This document shows positions 38,841 through 47,381 of a stretch of 64,000 nucleotides of DNA, piece by piece (positions within the stretch are counted from its first letter, which is position 1; each line of letters starts with the position of its first letter). This DNA is from Spirochaetota bacterium (GTDB lineage: Bacteria; Spirochaetota; UBA4802; UBA5550). Location of the stretch: positions 20,795-84,794 of the forward strand of contig QKCL01000015.1 in NCBI GenBank assembly GCA_003246895.1. The letters run 5' to 3'. The translations under genes and the position numbers were made by a program. The notes below the pieces were generated by a model. That model was not told the origin of the DNA. It saw only the letters and a list, made by a program, of their open reading frames with translations, and did not search any database.

Positions 38841-40772
38841 TCAGAAGTAGAGATTCATTTTAATTTCATAGTTGTGCCATGGATTACTCTTCTCCTCTCC
38901 TTCATTGCCCAAAAATATTTTATTGAATGAGTAATCGCCCATGAGCGACAGCCTGTCTGTTATTTTCAATGCCGCATTTACACCGCATTTAACCTCACTG
39001 CGCTTGTATGACTGAGGTGAGTAAAAATACTGCCCGAAAATTCTGGTCTTAACCGGGCCGGCCTTTGTGATGAATCCGGTTTCACCGCCAAGAAGATAAT
39101 CTGTGTTGTTTTCATATTCTCCGTTGAAATATGTTTCAAGTCCCGCGAAAATGTATATCTGGTTCATGGAGAATATTTTTGTGCTGAGGCCCGTTGCGGC
39201 TTTCATGTAGTATGCAAGATTATCCTGCCCGTCACTATAGGTGTGCTCCATTAAGCCAGTTTTGAAATCCCAGCATGCGCTGAAGTAAAATCTGTCAGAC
39301 GGCGGCAGGGATATCAGATCGAGAATGTCGAATCTCTGGAGTTTCAGTTCTTTTTCATCGTAATAGTATCGACCCTCAAAATTCAGGAACACTATCTGTG
39401 AATTTGTATTAAGTCCCTCATCGGGATCCATGAGGTGATGGCTTGATGTTCTGAAGGAAACAGACGTGTACTGATCCTTTCTGTCGACTCCATGCCCCAG
39501 GGTAAGTCTTGAAGCCCTGTGCGACAGATCCGGTGATACCGGCTGGTTTATGCTGCTTATATTATCCTTCTTCTCAAGTACGCTTCTTTTTTTCAGAGTG
39601 GAGACAAGAACCGACCGGTAAAGCCCGCCTTCTATGTCACCCTTTACGGCCAGAAATTTGAGGTATTCTATCGTAAGGTCGCAGATTACTGTTTTTTTCT
39701 CTTCCGTGATATTCATTGTATCAATAGAGGAGATGTCCTTTTCTCCGGTGCAGATATCCTTTACGAGGATCTGTTCATCCTGTGTGAGCATGGATTTGAG
39801 GTGCTGTATTTTGGCATAGAGTGACGGCCTGAATACCTTGTTTTTCACAAGGCCCAGTTCGCGGGCCGCCCTCAATGTGTCTATGGGTTCAACGCTGTAT
39901 CTGAATTTTTCCGTGATCTGTGTCTCGGGCCGCGCCGCAAGGATAAGATAGAGCAGGTTGAAGGAGCAGTTTTCGTCTATGAAATAATAGTCCGAGTATA
40001 TATCCTCCATCTCCACCACATGCCTTACGAGCCTTTCGATTTCTTCAGGAGAAAGGTTCAGCTCGTACTCCCACATGTCGCGCATTTCTCCGTCACTGTA
40101 TTCCTTTATTTTCTTGTAATACGGGAGATAGGAGTAGTAGCCTTTGTAAAGGCCCAGAAGCCCCTTGAATGCAAAAACAGGCCCGAATGTTTCATCTGTA
40201 ATGGCGGCGTAATTTGCAGCCTTGGCGAGGAGCCTGCCCCCTTTGGAATTTTCCATGATAAGGAGAGTGTGTCCGTACATTGACGCCGGGCTGTTCATGT
40301 ACCCCGCAGGAAAAACCAGAACTATCTTGTCGGGCGAAAGGGTTTTATAGAAATTCTGAAATTTCTCCTCACCGTTGTAGGGCAGTTTGCTGAGATCTAT
40401 GTTCAGCTTTTTTCTGAGCCAGTCGAAGCGCCCGCAGAATTTTGCCGTGGGATGAGTTTTCCCCTTTTGCGGTTCCATGAAAAATGCTTCGATTGTGTAT
40501 TTCAGTTCAGACTTCGGGTCTGTTTTCCCTTTTTTACTGAAAAAAAAACCGGGGTCATCAACAAGGCTTTTATATCCGAAAAGTTCCTTTCTGTAATGGA
40601 GAAGGGCATGCCAGTATATGTCCCTGTGGAGTTTCATGTCCAGGGCCTTTCTGACCAGTTCATCCCGGTATCTGTTTATATCAATGGAGGAGCTGCCGGT
40701 ACCGGAATTCTGCGAATAAAGAGCTGTACCTATTAATAGAAGAAGTACGGCCCTGGAGCCGTACTTCCACAT
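38841..40772 (-). CDS. Hypothetical secreted or lipoprotein (possibly DUF4105-like)
   Basis: The start is set at MWKYGSRAVLLLLIGTALYS (signal peptide). This avoids overlap with the downstream small gene. Confidence 0.3.
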   Translation of the reverse strand: MWKYGSRAVLLLLIGTALYSQNSGTGSSSIDINRYRDELVRKALDMKLHRDIYWHALLHYRKELFGYKSLVDDPGFFFSKKGKTDPKSELKYTIEAFFMEPQKGKTHPTAKFCGRFDWLRKKLNIDLSKLPYNGEEKFQNFYKTLSPDKIVLVFPAGYMNSPASMYGHTLLIMENSKGGRLLAKAANYAAITDETFGPVFAFKGLLGLYKGYYSYLPYYKKIKEYSDGEMRDMWEYELNLSPEEIERLVRHVVEMEDIYSDYYFIDENCSFNLLYLILAARPETQITEKFRYSVEPIDTLRAARELGLVKNKVFRPSLYAKIQHLKSMLTQDEQILVKDICTGEKDISSIDTMNITEEKKTVICDLTIEYLKFLAVKGDIEGGLYRSVLVSTLKKRSVLEKKDNISSINQPVSPDLSHRASRLTLGHGVDRKDQYTSVSFRTSSHHLMDPDEGLNTNSQIVFLNFEGRYYYDEKELKLQRFDILDLISLPPSDRFYFSACWDFKTGLMEHTYSDGQDNLAYYMKAATGLSTKIFSMNQIYIFAGLETYFNGEYENNTDYLLGGETGFITKAGPVKTRIFGQYFYSPQSYKRSEVKCGVNAALKITDRLSLMGDYSFNKIFLGNEGEEKSNPWHNYEIKMNLYF

Positions 40773-40794
40773 TTTCAATATTAAAAATTTCAAA

Positions 40795-41256
40795 TTAGCT
40801 GTTGTAGATATTTTTAATATTAGCAGATACTTCTTTGGATTTGATATCTTTTGAAGTATATATTTTGTCGAAGTTCTTTTGAAGCTTTGCTCTGAAAGCA
40901 GCTTTGTTGTCAACTTTCATGAGGTGAGCAAGTGTGTCTACATATTCACCTTCGCCTTTTGCGATGTCAGTTGCAAGGTTTTCCATGTTTTCTGCAATAT
41001 AGGCATCAACAATGTTTACACCAACAGCCTGACCTTCTTTGTAACCTGAAGTACCAGTTGTGATAGCAAAAGTGCTGCTTCCTGAAGTACCGTTGGTAGT
41101 TACAGCAAGTACTTCGAAAACTTTTCCTTTTTTCCCTTTCAGAAGAACTGAACCGAATCCGCAGCCAACATTGTTTGCGAATACTTCAGAAGCTACAAAA
41201 GAAACACAGATTGCGAAAGCAATTACGAACGACTTTTTCATAAAGAGACCCTCCAT
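40795..41256 (-). CDS. Small secreted protein (DUF3015-like)
   Basis: A signal peptide and a Gly/Ser/Thr-rich core; 153 aa. Confidence 0.3.
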   Translation of the reverse strand: MEGLFMKKSFVIAFAICVSFVASEVFANNVGCGFGSVLLKGKKGKVFEVLAVTTNGTSGSSTFAITTGTSGYKEGQAVGVNIVDAYIAENMENLATDIAKGEGEYVDTLAHLMKVDNKAAFRAKLQKNFDKIYTSKDIKSKEVSANIKNIYNS

Positions 41257-41362
41257 TAATATTTTGATAATAAGTAATCTATTATTTGTAAATTTTCAAT
41301 AAATTCTTCGTAAGAAAAACCCTTAAAAGTGCATTTTTTATTGCTTGCCTTAATTTTATACA

Positions 41363-42583
41363 GTGGCTAAATTTAATTCGATGTACAGAAACCTGAGACT
41401 GTTTATTATAATCTTCTTTTTATCTTTTATCTCATGCTCCGGCGGGTCAGGAGATGTAAATCCCCATGCATATACTCTCCCTGACTGCTACAGAACCCTT
41501 GACGAAATAGATGAATTTATCGACACAACGGCGAATGATTACCCCTCAATCGTTTCTGTGAAGACACTTGGTTACAGCGTGTCCGGAAGGGCAATCAGGT
41601 GTATAATAATCTCCGACAACCCTGACTCTTTTGAAAATGAACCATGTGTGCGTTTGACAGGCGGAATTCACGGAAATGAACCGGTCGGTGTGGAGCTTGT
41701 TCTCAGGTATGCACAATATCTTACGGAAAATTATGCAGCCGACAGCACAGTAAAGGGACTTGTTGACAGCAGATATATTGTCATTGTGCCTGTTCTTAAT
41801 CCTGACGGCTATGTCTCCGGCACCAGATATAACGCAAATTACGTTGACCTTAACCGGAATTTTGACAGCGACTATTATGTTCCCGGGGGAATTTACGGTT
41901 CCGCAGCTTTTTCCGAGCCAGAAAGCCGGGCCATAAGGGATATGATAAGCGACAGGGTGATTCACAGCTCCATTACTTTCCATTCGGGTGAAGTCATTGT
42001 TAACCTTCCATTTGATTACGGCAGGGGGAGTATGGGCGTGCTGCCCGGAGAGAATGATTTCGTAAAATATATGGGCAAGGCATACAGCATGGCCGGAACC
42101 AGTCCATACATATTCAAGGAAAATCCGGATCTATACGATTCAGCCTATGTCGAGGATGGTGTCATAAACGGCGGTGACTGGTATGTAATTACAGGATCTC
42201 TCCAGGACTGGAGCTACCTTGAATACGGATGCCTTGATATTACAGTTGAGGTGGCGCTTTCCGACCCTGAAGATGAAGCTGGACTTGCCGAAGTTTTCAG
42301 CTACAACAGGGACGGCATAACAGCATATATAGAACATTCCGGTTATGGGGTATACGGACGGGTAACAGATTCCGGGGGAAACCCGGTTTCAGGTGTGGAG
42401 GTATATGTTTCGGGCGGGGACCTCATTACAAAAACGGATTTACAGGGGTATTACTTCAAAATTCTTGATGGAGGAGATTATACCCTGAATTTTGTTAAAA
42501 CCGGATATACCTCGGTGTCAGAGACGGTTACTGTCACAACCGGCGGAAGCATTGAACGCAATGTGACCATGAACTCACACTAA
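41363..42583 (+). CDS. M14-family zinc carboxypeptidase with a C-terminal carboxypeptidase-regulatory-like beta domain
   Basis: The zinc-binding region GGIHGNEPVG. The C-terminus (YGRVTDSGGNPVSGVEVYV) looks like a CarboxypepD_reg domain. Confidence 0.7.
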   Translation: MAKFNSMYRNLRLFIIIFFLSFISCSGGSGDVNPHAYTLPDCYRTLDEIDEFIDTTANDYPSIVSVKTLGYSVSGRAIRCIIISDNPDSFENEPCVRLTGGIHGNEPVGVELVLRYAQYLTENYAADSTVKGLVDSRYIVIVPVLNPDGYVSGTRYNANYVDLNRNFDSDYYVPGGIYGSAAFSEPESRAIRDMISDRVIHSSITFHSGEVIVNLPFDYGRGSMGVLPGENDFVKYMGKAYSMAGTSPYIFKENPDLYDSAYVEDGVINGGDWYVITGSLQDWSYLEYGCLDITVEVALSDPEDEAGLAEVFSYNRDGITAYIEHSGYGVYGRVTDSGGNPVSGVEVYVSGGDLITKTDLQGYYFKILDGGDYTLNFVKTGYTSVSETVTVTTGGSIERNVTMNSH

Positions 42584-42646
42584 CAGTGGAATGCCATTTC
42601 CGGTTTCCCAAAGTGAATATCAGTATCTCATAGTGAATATCCCTGC

Positions 42647-42697
42647 CTGATTCTATAAAACCCCGGTCTTAATTAAAATCAAACCTAGGTGAGAGAG
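42647..42697 (+). repeat. Copy 1 of a roughly 48-bp direct repeat that carries an imperfect hairpin
   Basis: The sequence is TTCTATAAAACCCCGGTCTTAATTAAAATCAAACCTAGGTGAGAGAG. Confidence 0.7.
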
Positions 42698-42902
42698 TCC
42701 ATTGGAAATATCCAGAATTTTCAGTATCAGTTCCGGCCGCCTGCTGTCATCCCGGTTTCACGCAGTGAAGACCGGGATCTTATACCTGATGTTCAGGGCT
42801 TGCAAATCAAATTATGGTGAAATATAGTCATGGCTTTTTAGATTTAATATTATCTGCCGTCGTATTAATAATATGCAAAACCAGAATTACTACGTTTATA
42901 TA

Positions 42903-43166
42903 ATGACAAATAAGTATAATTCCGTTTTATATGCAGGAGTAACGAACAATCTGCCCAGAAGAATATACGAACATAAAAATCAAATAACTCAGGGATTTAC
43001 CTTCATTTATAACTGTAAAAAACTGGTCTGATATGAGATTCATCATGATGTCCGTTCTGCCATCAAAAGAGAGAAACAAATTAAAAGGTGGAAGAGGGTC
43101 TATAAACTTAACCTGATATCATTATTAAACCCTGACTGGAAAGATTTATATGAATCTATTCTATAA
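42903..43166 (+). pseudogene. GIY-YIG nuclease family gene (YhbQ/UPF0213-like) broken by one in-frame TGA at codon 43
   Basis: The translation is MTNKYNSVLYAGVTNNLPRRIYEHK...KKLV-TGA-YEIHHDVRSAIKREKQIKRWKRVYKLNLISL. The TGA at 43029-43031 falls where homologues usually have W or Y (LVWYE / LVYYE). Confidence 0.65.
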
Positions 43167-43205
43167 GACCCCGGTCTTGATTAAAATCAAACCGGGGTGA
43201 CAGAA
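43158..43205 (+). repeat. Copy 2 of the 48-bp direct repeat, with a better hairpin
   Basis: TTCTATAAGACCCCGGTCTTGATTAAAATCAAACCGGGGTGACAGAAG. Stem CCCCGGT/ACCGGGG with inner stem TTGATT/AATCAA. Confidence 0.7.
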
Positions 43206-43251
43206 GTACACTCAATAATGTTTATTGTTTTAATAGTAAGGAAAGTAAAAT

Positions 43252-43335
43252 TGCCGTGAGAGGGACTCGAACCCTCACAGGAGTACTCCCACCAGACCCT
43301 GAACCTGGCGCGTCTACCAATTCCGCCATCACGGC
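43252..43335 (-). tRNA. tRNA-Leu (anticodon CAG)
   Basis: Minus-strand RNA: GCCGTGATGGCGGAATTGGTAGACGCGCCAGGTTCAGGGTCTGGTGGGAGTACTCCTGTGAGGGTTCGAGTCCCTCTCACGGCA. 7-bp acceptor stem, D-loop GGAATTGGTAGA, loop TTCAGGG, long variable arm, TPsiC GGTTCGAGTCC. CCA not encoded. Confidence 0.8.
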
Positions 43336-43346
43336 TCTTAAAGAGC

Positions 43347-44081
43347 TTAGTTGTTAGTCGTTTTTTGCGGAGTCTTTTCTACAAAGGCCTTCATGGTTTT
43401 AACATAAACTGTGTCTGTATTAAAATCATCCTCAAAAACTATCGCATTATTGTTTCTGACCTGAATTTTGTCAATCGTAACTTTTGTATTTTTAGTACTT
43501 ATTGCAATACGCCCGCTGTGGTTCTCGGAAGGCATTTTGCCGGTTAGAACCTTTTCTCCGTCAATGTAAAGCAGTACTGTGTCTTTTTCAAAGCGGATAC
43601 TGGCCTTGTATTTTTTTCCATATTTTAGCCTGAATGATTCAGAGGCCAGTTCTTTGATGAAAATGTTGTTCTTTGTGTTGTATTTAAGAGTCTTATCTTT
43701 CATATCTGAGTGTATAAAGCTTGCCCTGTTTATTCCCCAGAAACCACCTGAAAGCTTTATTGAATAGATGTGGTAAAACCATTTTTTATACGGACTCCTC
43801 ACTGCAAAGGAAATTGAAAATTCTGCAGGTGACTCGTGTCTGTCGTGAACGTTAAAATCGAAGTCTATTGATGAATATTCATCAAATGAATTTAATGAGA
43901 TCAGTGAATTGAGATTTAACAGCTCATAGTAGTGCCATGGTGAAATCCATGACTGGTTTTCAGATAAAGCAGAATTTACAATTTCCCACTTCCCGGAAAA
44001 ACGCTGCCATTTATAATCCGCACTATAAAGAGCAGCGTTAATTGCTAAAATAAATAATAAAGTACTTAATAAATATTTCAT
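43347..44081 (-). CDS. Hypothetical secreted protein
   Basis: A signal peptide (MKYLLSTLLFILAINAALYS); no recognisable domain. Confidence 0.35.
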   Translation of the reverse strand: MKYLLSTLLFILAINAALYSADYKWQRFSGKWEIVNSALSENQSWISPWHYYELLNLNSLISLNSFDEYSSIDFDFNVHDRHESPAEFSISFAVRSPYKKWFYHIYSIKLSGGFWGINRASFIHSDMKDKTLKYNTKNNIFIKELASESFRLKYGKKYKASIRFEKDTVLLYIDGEKVLTGKMPSENHSGRIAISTKNTKVTIDKIQVRNNNAIVFEDDFNTDTVYVKTMKAFVEKTPQKTTNN

Positions 44082-44085
44082 GTAC

Positions 44086-44460
44086 TTATTTTGCAGTAGT
44101 TCCATCAAAAGCTAATGTAGCAGAAGTATTTTCTGAAATGGTGGCATCGGTTCCTAAAATGGTAGCATTCTCACTGCCAGTACCTGTTAGATTGATTGTG
44201 GCAGTATCTCCAACATTATCAAGGCATTCTCCATTTCCGGTAAGTACTGATATGCCTTTGTAAGAAGTTTCACTAGAGCCGGAAAGGGTTCCACCCCAGG
44301 TCTGATTTGTACTTGAACCTGATTTCCATTTTATTTCAGAAACAGAGGATGATGTACTGTTTTTCCATCTCAGGTCTGCCTTTGACCCGTCATCATCTCC
44401 GCATGCTGCAAAGAACAGCGCTGATATAAATAGTGTTAGTGTTAACATTTTTGTTTTCAT
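44086..44460 (-). CDS. Hypothetical lipoprotein
   Basis: A lipobox (FFAACGDD) and a Ser/Thr-rich body; 124 aa. Confidence 0.35.
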   Translation of the reverse strand: MKTKMLTLTLFISALFFAACGDDDGSKADLRWKNSTSSSVSEIKWKSGSSTNQTWGGTLSGSSETSYKGISVLTGNGECLDNVGDTATINLTGTGSENATILGTDATISENTSATLAFDGTTAK

Positions 44461-44805
44461 CTTATTTCTCCTTAATTATGCCTTTTTTTGAGGCTGATTT
44501 TTCATTGTTTCAGGTTTTCTGCTGCAGCCGGTTTCAGGTTCTTGTTAAGTACTCCGGCACCTTGCTGCGGCCTTTCTGTTTTTTATCGGTACTCTGGCAC
44601 CAAAAACAGACCGGTAATTAATTAAATGAATCCATACAAAAGAGTCAATAAAAAATTGGGGTCTATACAGAGTATTTGTATGAGTCGAACAGTATAAATT
44701 CAAGGTCTGATGGACATTGTTAAAAGTGGGTAATCCCTATCTAACATCATAAATAAATCCTCCAGTAATATTATTATCGTCTAATACTGAAGATTTACAC
44801 AGTTA

Positions 44806-44920
44806 CTCTGACACTCCCTCAATTTGATGCTCGGGAGTGCCAATTTGACCCAACTGTGCATCGATTTAACCAAACGGTGCGTCGATTTAGGGAGTGTCAG
44901 GAGAGTGTCAGATTTTTTGT
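44806..44920 (+). other. Structured inverted-repeat element: an 11-bp perfect inverted repeat closing about 70 nt, followed by a T-run. A candidate sRNA or MITE-like element.
   Basis: CTGACACTCCC (44808-44818) pairs with GGGAGTGTCAG (44890-44900). Inside are direct repeats TGCATCGATTTA / TGCGTCGATTTA. It is followed by GAGAGTGTCAG and TTTTTT. Confidence 0.4.
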
Positions 44921-45126
44921 ACCCTGGGGCATAATAATGTAGATAGCCTTTGATTCATATTAAATCTGCACTCTACCTTCAAAGTGAATTGCGAATTGAT
45001 TCAAAGCAAGACCCCAATCCAGAACAGGCCTGGTCCATTTTCTGGAGGCCTTATCCAGAGCAAGACAAATTACTTTTACAATCTGCATTGTAATTGCAGT
45101 TTTACAAAACTGCTTAAATACGCTCA

Positions 45127-45150
45127 TTTTCTTTGCTCGCCCAAAGAAAA
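45127..45150. repeat. Hairpin TTTTCTTTG-ctcgcc-CAAAGAAAA, member 1 of a shared hairpin family
   Basis: A 9-bp perfect stem. Confidence 0.5.
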
Positions 45151-45363
45151 CGAGCCAAAAGAAAAGGGCTCTGCCTCAGGCGCCGGCAGGGGCTACCACC
45201 TCACATGCCGGTGAGGCTTACATAAAGAAACCTAAACATTTCATACTCACGATTCTCTTTATATTCTAAACTGGTGGGTCTTTTTGTGTTTCTGGACTGG
45301 TTCTGTTCGGGTTTGTATCGTCGTCCTGACGGACAAACCCGGCTAGGGCGTCCTGCCCAAGCT

Positions 45364-45504
45364 CTATTTATTGCGCTGCTTAACTGTTTTGAAAAAACTA
45401 TTTATGCTATCCTGCAATTGGGCAACCGGTTGACTTAGTCGCACCAACCCATTCTTTACCTCATATTTCATGTGGAACTCTCGGTGTTTTGATTTAACGA
45501 CCAT
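45364..45504 (-). pseudogene. C-terminal remnant paralogous to the 111-aa gene at 45726-46061
   Basis: The remnant reads ...REFHMKYEVKNGLVRL... against ...HKEFLMEYEVKKGFELI... in the intact gene. A TGA lies just upstream, so no full-length ORF remains. Confidence 0.45.
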
Positions 45505-45674
45505 TTCACCAGATTTTTTTCATCTTTTAAAGCCCATTTTTACTAAAAGTAGTCAATCATCCGCTGAAGGCGGATACATCTTTCAGCCAGAGTTTCGAAG
45601 CTATTTCGAAGAAATACTCGAAACTTCTGTGCCATAGCCTCCCGTGGCGACTGAACGGGCGCCCTTTCTTTTCG

Positions 45675-45706
45675 CCTATTTTCTTTGGGCGAACAAAGAA
45701 AATAGG
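45675..45706. repeat. Hairpin CCTATTTTCTTTG-ggcgaa-CAAAGAAAATAGG, member 2; 13-bp stem
   Basis: It shares the core TTTTCTTTG/CAAAGAAAA with the hairpin at 45127. Confidence 0.5.
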
Positions 45707-45725
45707 CACCCCCCGAGCAGCCTGT

Positions 45726-46061
45726 TCAAACTGAATGACTTCTTCCGGGGTGAAACCACATTATTAACTCAAACCCTTTCTTTACCTCATACTCCATAAG
45801 AAACTCTTTGTGCTGTATTATTTTATGTATTACTCTGGAAGGAGCCTGCTCAACTGAACCGTATATTTCTTCTACCTTATGTATGTAGTTTTCAAGTTCC
45901 TTTACCTTAAGGTTAAAGAACTCCCGCTCCATTGCCTTTTCAGGGGATTCATTTAAGGGCGAACCGGAAGCTCTGGTACTGGACGAAGACGAAGTAGTTG
46001 TACCGGATGCAGCCGAAGTGCCCGGTTTGGGAAGGTAATTCCATACTTCTGATAATTTCAT
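45726..46061 (-). CDS. Hypothetical protein
   Basis: A 111-aa protein with a Ser/Thr-rich linker and a helical C-terminus. A decayed paralogue lies about 300 bp away. Confidence 0.3.
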   Translation of the reverse strand: MKLSEVWNYLPKPGTSAASGTTTSSSSSTRASGSPLNESPEKAMEREFFNLKVKELENYIHKVEEIYGSVEQAPSRVIHKIIQHKEFLMEYEVKKGFELIMWFHPGRSHSV

Positions 46062-46143
46062 GTGACGGCAATTCCTTTGTGTTTATTGATTGCCATTTAA
46101 GTTGTCAAGTATTTCATAATACTGTAGGATAGTATCGAATTGT

Positions 46144-46440
46144 TTATTTGATCTTTTTCAATTTATAAAAGCCGTGCAACAAAACGATGAATGAACCAAT
46201 TAAACCTATAGTCGACATTACCATCCCCCCCTTTGGATCCAACATCCCTGTACGCATACTTGGAGGATCTATATAGTTTAAAACAGATATTACAAATAAT
46301 ATCAAACAAACTATACCTGAAACTATCGAAGGTACAATAGAAATATTTATAATCTGTTTTCTTTCAAAATTGATTTCTTCATTCTTGTAATTATAAGATT
46401 TCGATTTTCTAGCATTTAATAATCTATTTTTTTGGCCCAT
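46144..46440 (-). CDS. Hypothetical small membrane protein
   Basis: A 98-aa protein with two TM helices. Confidence 0.3.
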   Translation of the reverse strand: MGQKNRLLNARKSKSYNYKNEEINFERKQIINISIVPSIVSGIVCLILFVISVLNYIDPPSMRTGMLDPKGGMVMSTIGLIGSFIVLLHGFYKLKKIK

Positions 46441-46712
46441 GTATTTGTACTCCCCCCATTTTCAAGAGCTGTTTTAAACAGAAACTATGCTACCTTAATT
46501 ACCGAAGGGTAGTATCTATTTCTTCATCCCTTCCTTCCCATTGCCTGCCATGGTCTCCGGCACACCATTACTTACCATGTATCTCCACCCTTTTTCAAGC
46601 TATTATTTAACCATAACATGAGATCTCTCCTTACACATTTACACAAAATTTTCCATTTAATGTTAATGTTCCCTCCCCTGTTTTTCGTTATATATACAAA
46701 TGGAGGCAACAT

Positions 46713-47159
46713 ATGGCAAGTGTTCAACTTAACCCGGGATTCACTAACTTTTCAGGAAGGATGGGAAACATTGTCCTTTACCGTATAGGCACAGACATCT
46801 TTGCGCGCCGTTACGTTGTTCCCCAAAACCCCGATACTGTAAATCAGAGGGCAAACCGCAGCCTCTTTGCCTCGGCGGTTAAGGCATGGCAATCCCTTCC
46901 CATTGATGAAAAGAACCGTTACAACAGAATCTCTTCAAAGAAAAGAAACTCCCGGAACGGATACTGCCTCTTCATCTCCATGTTCATGAAACAGAACTCT
47001 GTAAATCCGGAAGCCTCCAGCAAACCGGTAAAGGCTCTTCCCTCCGCTATTCCCGGTGTATACAAAGCCTTTACCTTCGATGCCTCTCCGTTAGAGGTTC
47101 GATTCCGCTTCGATACTGCCGGTGTCACGGAAAAGGCTGGCATAATACCAACCGGATAG
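46713..47159 (+). CDS. Hypothetical protein
   Basis: A 148-aa protein with an RBS (GGAGG) 8 nt upstream and no recognisable domain. Confidence 0.3.
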   Translation: MASVQLNPGFTNFSGRMGNIVLYRIGTDIFARRYVVPQNPDTVNQRANRSLFASAVKAWQSLPIDEKNRYNRISSKKRNSRNGYCLFISMFMKQNSVNPEASSKPVKALPSAIPGVYKAFTFDASPLEVRFRFDTAGVTEKAGIIPTG

Positions 47160-47381
47160 TCCATAAATAACAGCATTAATGTAAAAACATCAGACAAAAG
47201 ACAAATCCGCCATCCCGCTACCCGGCCGGAACTCTCTGCACCATTGCACTTCAGGAGATAATTGGAAAAGTTTTCCGGAACATGTCTGTGTCAGGGGGGC
47301 AATTTCTTACCCAACCGGCATGGCTGGGATTTTTAATTCTTAAATATTTTTTTCCGGGGAGCATACTTTACAAAGATTGGT

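Noticed and set aside
40772-40913. Upstream extension of the 690-aa ORF (start at 40913) overlapping the DUF3015-like gene by 118 bp
   Set aside because: The internal Met (MWKYGSRAVLLLLIGTALYS) begins a typical signal peptide and removes the overlap. The extension is probably not translated.
43029-43031. TGA read as a sense codon (genetic code 4 or 25) to explain the interrupted GIY-YIG ORF
   Set aside because: All the long housekeeping ORFs in the window (guaB, purD, purM, metX, the 1436-aa and 1429-aa genes) are intact under the standard code, and several end at TGA-compatible positions. Genome-wide TGA reassignment is therefore unlikely. A nonsense mutation or a local recoding event is more plausible.
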